Shown here piece after piece: positions 41,607-49,806 of a stretch of DNA of 64,000 bases (positions are counted from its first letter, which is position 1; each line of letters begins with the position of its first letter). The notes beneath the pieces were generated by a model. It was not told the origin of the DNA. It saw only the letters and a program-made list of their open reading frames with translations, and made no database searches. Made by a program: the position numbers and the translations under genes. The stretch is from assembly GCA_039588275.1 (NCBI GenBank), contig JBDHAC010000002.1, forward strand, positions 54,412 to 118,411, given 5' to 3'. The DNA is from Gemmatimonadota bacterium. GTDB lineage: Bacteria; Gemmatimonadota; Gemmatimonadetes; Palauibacterales; Palauibacteraceae.

Positions 41607-43430
41607 TTGGGCGTACAGCCTGACCGCGGTTCTCGAGGCACCGGACTGCAGACCGAGCTGGCCAACGCGCTGGAGGAGCGGCTCCGCCACGAGCTCGCTC
41701 CCACCCTCGAGCTCGTTCGTCTGCTCGGACGCGGTAGCGCGGCGGTCGTGTATCTCGCCCGGGAACCCGCATTGCGGCGCCTCGTCGCGGTCAAAGTCCT
41801 CGCCCCGTGGCTCGCGCACGACCGCAAGGCTCGCCTCCGGTTCGAGCGCGAAGCACAGGCCGCGGCTCGTATCTCGCACCCGAACGTCGTCACCGTGCAC
41901 TGGGTGGGAGCGCTCTCGGACGATCTTCCGTACATCGTCATGCAGTACGTGAAGGGGCGCAGCATGCAGGAGCGGATGCGAGCCGAGGGCCCGCTCGAGA
42001 TCGAGGAAGTGCGCCGTATCCTCGCAGACCTCGCTTCGGGGCTGGCCGCCGCCCACCGCCAGCGAATCGTGCACCGCGACGTAAAGCCCGCCAACATCCT
42101 CTTCGAGGAGGAGACTGGGCACATCTTCCTGACCGACTTCGGTATCGCGGGGGTCCTGGCCAGCGGGAGTGAAGAGGCCACCCTGCTCACCACGGCGGGA
42201 CACGTGCTCGGTGATCCCAAGTACGTGAGCCCCGAGCAGCTGGAGGGACGACACGTTACGGAGCTGGGCGATGTCTATAGCCTGGGGTTGGTCGGCTTTG
42301 AACTCGCGAGCGGCGAGAGCCCGTACCAGGCGGACGGGCACGCAGAGATGATCGCCGCGCATCTGACTGGCGAGGCTCGAAGCCTGTCCTCGCTCCGACC
42401 AGGCGTTGAGGCAGAGCTCGAACGGTTGCTGGCGAGATGTCTCGAGAGAACCCCGGAGCATCGCCCCAGCACGGCGGACATCGTGAGACATCTTCGCCGT
42501 GTCCGCGAACTCGCTGGTCGGGGGGAGAGGGCGTCCGGGGCCGCCGCCGTGCCCGACGCCTCTGGCGAGCCGCGTGCTGCGGATGAGCCTGACGCCGTGG
42601 TCTCCTCCGCCACGGCCGAGCGCACGGAGCTTACGGTACCCGCAGGCGAGGTCGGCGAGGAGGCCGACGAGCCTCGCCTCGAGCCGACGGTACAGGCCGA
42701 GCCGGGCGAGCGGCTCAGGCTTCGGACCCTGGGCTCGCTGGACCTTGCCACCTCGGACGGCCGTCGGTTGCTTTCCGTGCTCGCCCAGCCGAAGCGCATC
42801 GCACTTCTGGTGTACCTGGCGCTCGGCGCCCGCCGGGGCTTCAAGCGCCGCGACACGCTCCTGGGCATCTTCTGGCCCGAGACAGCGGAGGAGAGAGCGC
42901 GACACGCGCTCCGGCAGGCGTTGTATGTACTCCGACGCGCCATCGGGCCGAACGCGATGGTCTCGAGGGGTGATGAGGAGGTCGGGATCGAATCCGGCCG
43001 CATCTGGTGCGATGCCGTCGCGTTCGAGCAGGCCGTCGATGCCGGTCGTACGACCGAAGCGCTCGATGTGTACGAGGGCGATCTACTCCCGGGCTTCTAC
43101 GTGGCCGACGCGCCGGAGTTCGAGCGCTGGCTGGACAACGAGCGTCGTCGGCTGCGGCGGCGGGCGGCCGATGCCGCTTGGGTCGAGGCCGAGCGACAAG
43201 AGTCGGCAGGTGCCCCCGCCGAAGCCGTCAAATGGGCTCGTCGGGCCCAGGAGCTCACGCCGTTCGACGAGACTTCTCTGTGCCGTCTCGTGACGCTTCT
43301 CGACCAGCTCGGAGATCGGGCGGGTGCTATCAAGGCATACGACCAGTTCGCCCGCCTTCTCGAAAGCGCCTATGACGCGGAGCCCGCGCCGGAAACGCAG
43401 GAGTTGATGCGCCGCGTCCGGGACCGCTAG
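41607..43430 (+). CDS. Ser/Thr protein kinase fused to a SARP-like DNA-binding/BTAD module
   Basis: GRGSAAVVY, VAVK, HRDVKPANI, DFG, YVSPEQ; then TLGSL, RDTLLGIFWPE, ALRQAL, LLPGF, PAPET. Confidence 0.9.
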   Translation: MGVQPDRGSRGTGLQTELANALEERLRHELAPTLELVRLLGRGSAAVVYLAREPALRRLVAVKVLAPWLAHDRKARLRFEREAQAAARISHPNVVTVHWVGALSDDLPYIVMQYVKGRSMQERMRAEGPLEIEEVRRILADLASGLAAAHRQRIVHRDVKPANILFEEETGHIFLTDFGIAGVLASGSEEATLLTTAGHVLGDPKYVSPEQLEGRHVTELGDVYSLGLVGFELASGESPYQADGHAEMIAAHLTGEARSLSSLRPGVEAELERLLARCLERTPEHRPSTADIVRHLRRVRELAGRGERASGAAAVPDASGEPRAADEPDAVVSSATAERTELTVPAGEVGEEADEPRLEPTVQAEPGERLRLRTLGSLDLATSDGRRLLSVLAQPKRIALLVYLALGARRGFKRRDTLLGIFWPETAEERARHALRQALYVLRRAIGPNAMVSRGDEEVGIESGRIWCDAVAFEQAVDAGRTTEALDVYEGDLLPGFYVADAPEFERWLDNERRRLRRRAADAAWVEAERQESAGAPAEAVKWARRAQELTPFDETSLCRLVTLLDQLGDRAGAIKAYDQFARLLESAYDAEPAPETQELMRRVRDR

Positions 43431-43463
43431 ACCCGGCCCTTCACGAATCACATAAGCGGGTGT

Positions 43464-43559
43464 GTGACAGCTGGTTAGGGCTGTCACGTCCTTCGCGATC
43501 CCACCGACCTTGACCCGACCGGTTTTTCCGGGTGACGCCCGGGAGACCGTCACGTGACA
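43464..43559. promoter_or_regulatory. GTGAC/GTCAC palindromic motif cluster
   Basis: GTGACAGC-N8-GCTGTCAC 43464-43487; GTGACG-N10-CGTCAC 43532-43553; GTGACA 43554-43559. Confidence 0.5.
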
Positions 43560-43654
43560 CCCTCCGACCATCTTCGGGACGAATCGACGAGAGCACCTTC
43601 CCCGGCCGCAGTTCGGTCGGGTGGCTCGAGTCGAAAACGTCAGAGGAGGTCACG

Positions 43655-44371
43655 ATGTCACGGTCTCTATTCCGCCGTTCCAAGCTCGCGAGTCCGACAC
43701 TGCTCGCGGTCGTGCTCGGGACGGCGTGGCCGTTGAGTGGACAGACCATGCACGCGGGAATCGGCTACGTGGGCCGGGTGGCGGTCGGCGCCGGCCTGAG
43801 CGGCGCTCAACTCTCGCACTTCACCATCCCCGCTGACAGCCGGCTAGCGGGTTCCTTCCACGCCGTCGCGAGCCGGTTGCACGCGACGCGCGAGCGCTGG
43901 GACGACGCGGCGGTATTACACCTGTTCGCGGCTAGCCTGCGCGGCCCCGCTGACTCGAGGTCTCTCACGGACTTCCTGTTGGCTGCGGATCTGTTCTCGG
44001 GTGCCGGCGATTCCGGTGCCGCGTGTGCGGCGCTGGAGAGGGCCGCCGCGGTCGCGGTCAGGGTCGGACGGTTGGGCGATGCCCGGTATTGCCGTCAGCG
44101 CGTGAAGCTGACGGGATCCTCGGGGTGCTCGCAGGACTGGGGCACGCTCCTCACCGACCTGGTCGTGCCCGCGCCGGGCGCCATCTACGTCGAGGCCCCC
44201 GACCCGCGAACCAGGGCCCTGTTCCGGTCGGACCGGTCAGACCTGCCGGCCGCGCCGGGGCCGATCATCGTCGACCCGCCGGACCTCGTGAGGCCGATCT
44301 CGATCGATGCTGACGCCGCATGGGCCGCGCCCATCCTCGTCCCACCCCGGATTACGTGGCCCGAAGTCTAG
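43655..44371 (+). CDS. Hypothetical secreted protein
   Basis: GAGGAGG SD, signal-like N-terminus, helical middle, Pro-rich repeated C-terminus. Confidence 0.65.
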   Translation: MSRSLFRRSKLASPTLLAVVLGTAWPLSGQTMHAGIGYVGRVAVGAGLSGAQLSHFTIPADSRLAGSFHAVASRLHATRERWDDAAVLHLFAASLRGPADSRSLTDFLLAADLFSGAGDSGAACAALERAAAVAVRVGRLGDARYCRQRVKLTGSSGCSQDWGTLLTDLVVPAPGAIYVEAPDPRTRALFRSDRSDLPAAPGPIIVDPPDLVRPISIDADAAWAAPILVPPRITWPEV

Positions 44372-44485
44372 ATCTTCGGTGCCTGGGTCGCCGCCGCTGG
44401 TTCCTCACCCTCCTGCCGGCGGTGGCGGCCGCTTCCTGCGAGGGGCGACACGCTTGCTGACTTTGATGCCATGGAGTGACCCGAG

Positions 44486-44734
44486 ATGAACCCCACCGCC
44501 GTATTCTTGATGCTTGAAGGACCACAGGTCCTCCGTCGCGAGGCCGTCTATACCCTCTCCGGGAGCCCGAGCCAGACGGTCATGGGGACCGTGATACGTC
44601 GCGAAACCTCGAAACGGGAATCGCACGATAAGCGGCTTACGGCCCGTGCGAGCGGACTCACGCCCGACGCGATGTGGCTGTTGCTCGAAGGACCTCGGGT
44701 GTCGGTGGCACCGCCGTTCCACCGGGCAGCCTGA
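44486..44734 (+). CDS. Small hypothetical protein with internal repeat
   Basis: GGAG SD; PTAVFLMLEGPQV and PDAMWLLLEGPRV repeat. Confidence 0.5.
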   Translation: MNPTAVFLMLEGPQVLRREAVYTLSGSPSQTVMGTVIRRETSKRESHDKRLTARASGLTPDAMWLLLEGPRVSVAPPFHRAA

Positions 44735-44753
44735 GCCGTCCAGGGCCGCAGGG

Positions 44754-44791
44754 ACCGGCGCTCATTCGGTTTACCGGCGCTCATTCGGTTT
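44754..44791. repeat. 19-bp perfect tandem duplication
   Basis: ACCGGCGCTCATTCGGTTT twice; includes the stop codon of the DUF2911 gene. Confidence 0.9.
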
Positions 44792-45410
44792 CGGGTACCT
44801 CGACCGGTATTTGCAGCAAGGTTTCGCCCCAATGCAGGGCGAGGACGCCGTTTCGACCATCGACGCTGGGGAAGTAGAACGCCAGGGTCTCCATGTGCGT
44901 AGCGCTCCGCGGCCGGACTCTGAACCTGAGAGCGTCTTCCGACTCACCCGGGTACGGGATGTGGTACACGTCCCATGCAGTGCTCAGGATGAGCGTCCAT
45001 TCCTCCGGATCCGGTATGGCCCACACGCTGTAGTTCCCGGCGGAAACGGAATGTCCAGCGAGTCGGATGTCCCGGGTGATCTCGATCCGAGTGGCCTGGT
45101 CGGCCCCGGGGTTCCAGATCTGCCCCCACTCCACGAGGGACCCGAACAGCTCGCGTCCCCGCGCAACCGGCCGGTTGTAGACGACCCGTATTTGCGCGTC
45201 GGCGATCGTTTGAGCCACGCTCCCCGCCTGGCTCGCCTTGACCACGGTGAGACCCGCGGCAGCCAAGATGTCGGCGCTCTGCACCGCCCCTGCGCCGGCG
45301 GCGGCCGAGCCGGCGACCGCCGACCCCGACGACTCCGACTCCGACGCGCAGCCGGACGCGATCGTTAGAGCGCAAAAGACACCCGTCAGCACGACGATTC
45401 GAGGCTTCAC
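44781..45410 (-). CDS. DUF2911 domain lipoprotein
   Basis: Lipobox IASGC; YNRPVARGRELFG, WNPGADQAT, AGNYS..IP..EWT. Confidence 0.85.
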   Translation of the reverse strand: MKPRIVVLTGVFCALTIASGCASESESSGSAVAGSAAAGAGAVQSADILAAAGLTVVKASQAGSVAQTIADAQIRVVYNRPVARGRELFGSLVEWGQIWNPGADQATRIEITRDIRLAGHSVSAGNYSVWAIPDPEEWTLILSTAWDVYHIPYPGESEDALRFRVRPRSATHMETLAFYFPSVDGRNGVLALHWGETLLQIPVEVPETE

Positions 45411-45566
45411 GTACGCGCTCCTGTTGCCGGTTCGATCTTCCGGTCCTCTCGTGAGTATGCAAGCAGGTCGCTTCACCGTTGGTCGCAGCGACCGGCAAGG
45501 CCACCGAAGGGCCACCGATCAAGTAACGCCGCCCCCGACCTCGGGTTCCGAAAAGGAGAATGGACG

Positions 45567-46505
45567 ATGTTCGGATCGATCCGTCGCACGGGCAAGCAGT
45601 GGTCCGGCACGCTGATCCCGGCCGGCCTGCTCGGCCTCACGCTCGCACACGCCCCCGCTTTGCGGGCACAGGCCCCCGAGCACCCGAGCGTGATAGTCTC
45701 GACCGAGTGGCTCGCGGCGCAGCTCGACGACCCGGACCTGGTGCTGCTGCACGTCGGGATGAGCCACCAGGGTACCCCGCAGGAGCTCATCCCGGGAGCG
45801 CGATTCCTCGACTATCACGAGGTCGCGGTGGAGCGCGACGGACTGTCCATCGAGCTACCGCCGGTGGAGGACCTGGTCTCGGTGTTTCGCGCCGCGGGCG
45901 TCTCCAATCAAAGCCGCGTGGTCGTATATGGGGCGCCGGGCCACGTTCCCGCACGGATCTTCATGACCCTCGATTACCTCGGGCACGGCGAGCGGACCTC
46001 TGTCCTGGATGGGGGACTCGAGGCCTGGAAGGCCGAGGGACGCCCCCTGGATTCGGCGGCGGCATCGGCCGAGCCGGGTGATTTCGAGCCACACGTCCGG
46101 GAGGACCTCCTGGTCACCGCCGAGTGGATCCGCGAGCACCTCGATGATCCGGGGGTCAAGCTGATCGACGCGCGACCCGCGGACGAATACACCGGTGAGC
46201 GAGCGATCCGTGACCTCCGCCCGGGGCACATCCCGGGTGCCTACAATCTGTACTGGGAGGAGTTGATCGCCTCCAGCGAGCTCCCCCGGTTGAAGGACCT
46301 GGAGACCGTGGCCGCTCGGTTCGAGGAATCCGGAGCCTCGGAGGAAAGCCTGCTCGTGAGCTATTGCACCGTGGGCATGCGAGCGAGCTTCACGTACCTC
46401 ATCTCGCGACACCTCGGATACGAGGCTCGCTTCTACGACGGCTCCTGGAACGAGTGGGGCTCGCGCGATGAGCTCCCCGTCGCGACGGAGCCACCTGAGC
46501 GATGA
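45567..46505 (+). CDS. Two-domain sulfurtransferase (rhodanese) with signal peptide
   Basis: VSTEWL, LDGG, DAR, GHIPGA, YCTVGMRAS, YDGSWNEW. Confidence 0.92.
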   Translation: MFGSIRRTGKQWSGTLIPAGLLGLTLAHAPALRAQAPEHPSVIVSTEWLAAQLDDPDLVLLHVGMSHQGTPQELIPGARFLDYHEVAVERDGLSIELPPVEDLVSVFRAAGVSNQSRVVVYGAPGHVPARIFMTLDYLGHGERTSVLDGGLEAWKAEGRPLDSAAASAEPGDFEPHVREDLLVTAEWIREHLDDPGVKLIDARPADEYTGERAIRDLRPGHIPGAYNLYWEELIASSELPRLKDLETVAARFEESGASEESLLVSYCTVGMRASFTYLISRHLGYEARFYDGSWNEWGSRDELPVATEPPER

Positions 46506-46552
46506 TCATTCGGGCGGCCTTCGAATAGCCTGGCCCCGGGATGCTTGATCGC

Positions 46553-46960
46553 ATGAAGCCCCGGCTTCTCTTCGTCTGCGTGGAGAACTCCTGCCGTAGT
46601 CAGATGGCGGAGGCGTTCGCGCGCATGCACGGTGGAGACCGGGTCGAGGTTCACAGCGCCGGCTCGAAGCCCTCGGGCCGCGTCAACTCGACCGCCGTTC
46701 GGCTCATGCATGAGCTCGGGTACGATCTGTCGGCGCACGCTTCGACGTCCGTCGATGATCTGCCGGGGGGTGACTTCGACGCGATCATCTCCATGGGCTG
46801 CGGCGATGCGTGCCCCACGGTGCCCGCCGCTCGGCGTGACGACTGGGAGATCCCCGACCCCAAGGACATGCCGCTCCCCGAGTTCCGCGCGGTCCGCGAC
46901 CGGATCGAGCGGGAGGTGTCGGCGTTGTTGGACGAGGTGCTCGGCGGCTCCGGAGGATGA
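46553..46960 (+). CDS. arsC: Thioredoxin-type arsenate reductase / LMW phosphatase
   Basis: CVENSCRSQMAE, MGCGDACP, DP motifs. Confidence 0.85.
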   Translation: MKPRLLFVCVENSCRSQMAEAFARMHGGDRVEVHSAGSKPSGRVNSTAVRLMHELGYDLSAHASTSVDDLPGGDFDAIISMGCGDACPTVPAARRDDWEIPDPKDMPLPEFRAVRDRIEREVSALLDEVLGGSGG

Positions 46961-47655
46961 TCGAGGGCGAGACCGCGGGGTCAGCCGTGATCTTGGCGGG
47001 CGGAGAGAGCCGCCGGCTGGGAGGGCCCAAGGCGTTCCTCGAGGTGAGGGGACGTGAGATCCTCGAGCGCGAGCTCGAAGCCACGAGCGATTTCGACGAC
47101 ACCATCCTCGCCACCAACGACCCGCACCCGTGCGCCGCGGCGGTCCTGCGCTACGGCTGGGCGCCTGGCGACGACGATCCCTCTAGCGGGCGGGCGCTCT
47201 TGTTTCGGCGTGGAACTCGCAGCCTCCGGATCGTGACGGATCCCGTCCCGAGCCTGGGTCCGGTGGGCGGATTGGCCGCTGGTCTCGGCGCGGCCGCCGA
47301 GACGCTGTGCTGGGTCCTCTCGTGTGACCTGCCGTTCGTCACACCCGAGCTGGGGCGGCTCCTCCTGCGCGAGCTGCGTGAGGCCGAGCGGAAGACGGCG
47401 CCAAGGGCCGTGATCCCCGTCCTCGAGGGCCGCGATCAACCGCTGTGTGCCGCCTGGGACGCGGAGGCCGCCGTGATCGCCGAGCGCTGCCTGGCGGCGG
47501 GGCGTCGCAGCGTCCGAGAGCTACTCGACGAAATCGACGCGCGGCAGTTGCCCGAGGAGTGGTTGCGTCGGGTGGGGAACCCCGCGCGGCTGCTGCTGAA
47601 CGTCAACACGCCCGAGGATCTGGAGAGGGCCCGGAGGCTGCCGGTCACCGCTTGA
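46957..47655 (+). CDS. mobA: Molybdenum cofactor guanylyltransferase
   Basis: LAGGESRRLG..K, GPVGG, CDLP, NVNTPEDL. Confidence 0.85.
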   Translation: MIEGETAGSAVILAGGESRRLGGPKAFLEVRGREILERELEATSDFDDTILATNDPHPCAAAVLRYGWAPGDDDPSSGRALLFRRGTRSLRIVTDPVPSLGPVGGLAAGLGAAAETLCWVLSCDLPFVTPELGRLLLRELREAERKTAPRAVIPVLEGRDQPLCAAWDAEAAVIAERCLAAGRRSVRELLDEIDARQLPEEWLRRVGNPARLLLNVNTPEDLERARRLPVTA

Positions 47656-47710
47656 GGGCCGATCGACGGGCACCTATCGAAATCCGGTCGACGGCCAGTC
47701 GACGGCGGTC

Positions 47711-48925
47711 TCAGGTATCGAGCGGCGTCCGCTCGATGCAGGTGATCGTTTCCGCGAGCGCCGCGATGGCGTCGGCCAGCTGGGCGTCGCTCAGGTATGG
47801 TGCCGGGCCCAGACGCAGGATGTCGTCCCGGTAGTCGGTCAGGACCCCCCTCGCCTTGAGACCCGCATGCAGGGCCGCGGCGTGGGGTGATCCAAGGGCC
47901 AGGAACCCACCCAATCCCTCGATGGGCACCGATCGGTCGCGGGTGATGACCCGCGGATCGGCATCGATCCGATCGAACCCCTCCGCCAGCGCGGTGACCT
48001 GGTGCTGGCTCACCTCCCGCAACAACGCCGGAGTCAACTCCATCCGCTCGAAGAAGTCGAACACGGCGGAGGCGCGGTAGTGGCTGGTCGGATCGTAGGT
48101 GCTGCCGGTAAAGCGGTCGGGGCCCTCGCCGTACGCTACGACTCCCTCTCCGGCCGCCTCCCGGAGGAGGCTGAACTCGCTGAACCACCCGGTGATCACC
48201 GGGCGCAGGTCACAGCCGGAAGGAACGCGCAGGAAGCAGTTGCCCTCCCCGAGCTGGCAGTACTTGTAGCCGCCTCCGACGACGAACGCACTATCCAGAC
48301 GCTCGGCCGCGAGCGACACGGGGACCACGTTCAGGGCGTGGTACGCATCGACGAGCAGCGAGGCCCCGACACGGTCACAAGCGGCGAGCGCGCGGTCCAG
48401 CCCCGGTACGATGTGGGCGCTCCGAAACAGTACCGAGGAGACGAGCGCGGCGGCCGTCCGATCGTCGACGGCGGTGGCGATCCCCTCCGACAAGGCCTCC
48501 GGAGGGGAGCTCGGCACCTTGACGATCTCGATGTCTTCCTCCGCCAAGCGGTCGAGCTGGCGACGGATCGAATGAAACTCGCCGTCGGTCGTAACCAGGC
48601 GGGGGCGCTCCCGGAGGTGAAGCGCCGAGAGGAACCGGACGACCATCTCGTGCGTGTTGGATCCGAGCGTTACCTGGCCGGTCGTGTCGTCGAGGAGCCG
48701 AGCCCAGCCGGCACGCACCCGATCGGCCCTGGCGAACGCCCGATCCCACTTCTCGTCCACCGCTTCCGCGGCGTCCAACCACGCCTGGGCGTGAGCCTCG
48801 AACCCGCAGTCCGGCCACGCCTGGTGCGAGTGCCCCGTCAGCAGCAGGCGTTCCGCGACCCGGAACCGGGAGTAATGGGAGGAGAGCGCGTTCGGGGACT
48901 CGTACAGTGCGTTCGGGCTCAGCAT
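47711..48925 (-). CDS. kynU: Kynureninase
   Basis: TGHSH, DAYH, GGYKYCQLGEG (PLP lysine), GWF; next to TDO. Confidence 0.88.
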   Translation of the reverse strand: MLSPNALYESPNALSSHYSRFRVAERLLLTGHSHQAWPDCGFEAHAQAWLDAAEAVDEKWDRAFARADRVRAGWARLLDDTTGQVTLGSNTHEMVVRFLSALHLRERPRLVTTDGEFHSIRRQLDRLAEEDIEIVKVPSSPPEALSEGIATAVDDRTAAALVSSVLFRSAHIVPGLDRALAACDRVGASLLVDAYHALNVVPVSLAAERLDSAFVVGGGYKYCQLGEGNCFLRVPSGCDLRPVITGWFSEFSLLREAAGEGVVAYGEGPDRFTGSTYDPTSHYRASAVFDFFERMELTPALLREVSQHQVTALAEGFDRIDADPRVITRDRSVPIEGLGGFLALGSPHAAALHAGLKARGVLTDYRDDILRLGPAPYLSDAQLADAIAALAETITCIERTPLDT

Positions 48926-48971
48926 GCGGCGAACGCGCGGCGCGTCGGGGACGAGGCGGGCGGCAGAGGCA

Positions 48972-49781
48972 TCAGAGTTGGGTGCGGATCAACCACAGGT
49001 CCGGGAAGACCGGAGTTCCCAGCGAGCCCCGCAGGTAGGCGGCTCCCGTGGTGCCACCGGTTCCCGGTTTTCCGCCGATCGTGCGCTCGACCATCTTGAC
49101 GTGCCGGTAGCGCCACTCCTGCACGCCCTCGTCGAGGTCGACGAGCCGTTCGCACAGCGGCACGAGCCTCGAATCATCTCGATAGATCCGGACGAGCGCT
49201 GCCTGCACCGGCGCCGAAGGTTGGGGCGGCTCCCGCACGTCTCGCTCGAGGTCATCCGCCGGGATCTCGTATCCCTCGGCCGACAGGAAGCGCACGAACG
49301 CGTCCCACAGGGTCGGCTCTTCCATCCGCGCGTTCAATCGGTCCAGCGCGTCGCTGCCCCGCGGGTACCGGGAGAGCACCTCGGCCCGCTTGGCCCCCAG
49401 CACGAACTCGAGCTCGCGAAACTGGAACGATTGGAGCCCGCTGGCCTGCTCGAGACGCGTCCTGAAGGCGAGGAAGTCCACCGGTCGCATCGTCTCCAGG
49501 ATGTCGAGCTGCGCCACGAGCACCTTCAGGATCGTGAGCGTTCGTTTAAAGGTGTGGAGCACCCGCGGAAGATCGCGCTCGTTCAGCAGGCGGATGGCGA
49601 AGTCGAGCTCGTGGAGGAGCTGCTTGAACCACAGCTCGTACACCTGGTGGATGATGATGAACAGCATCTCGTCGTGCTCCGGCTCGCCCCCGGGTTCGGC
49701 GGAGCGTTCGCGTTGCAGCGACAGGAGCACATCCAGATTCAGGTAGCCGGAATACGTCAGGTATTTGTCGTGCGGGCTCAA
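48972..49781 (-). CDS. kynA: Tryptophan 2,3-dioxygenase
   Basis: HDEMLFIIIHQVYELWFK, ASGLQS, WRYRH, GTGGT; TTG start after GGAGGA. Confidence 0.95.
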   Translation of the reverse strand: MSPHDKYLTYSGYLNLDVLLSLQRERSAEPGGEPEHDEMLFIIIHQVYELWFKQLLHELDFAIRLLNERDLPRVLHTFKRTLTILKVLVAQLDILETMRPVDFLAFRTRLEQASGLQSFQFRELEFVLGAKRAEVLSRYPRGSDALDRLNARMEEPTLWDAFVRFLSAEGYEIPADDLERDVREPPQPSAPVQAALVRIYRDDSRLVPLCERLVDLDEGVQEWRYRHVKMVERTIGGKPGTGGTTGAAYLRGSLGTPVFPDLWLIRTQL

Positions 49782-49806
49782 GGCGTCGATTCCTCCCAGC
49801 AGGTTG

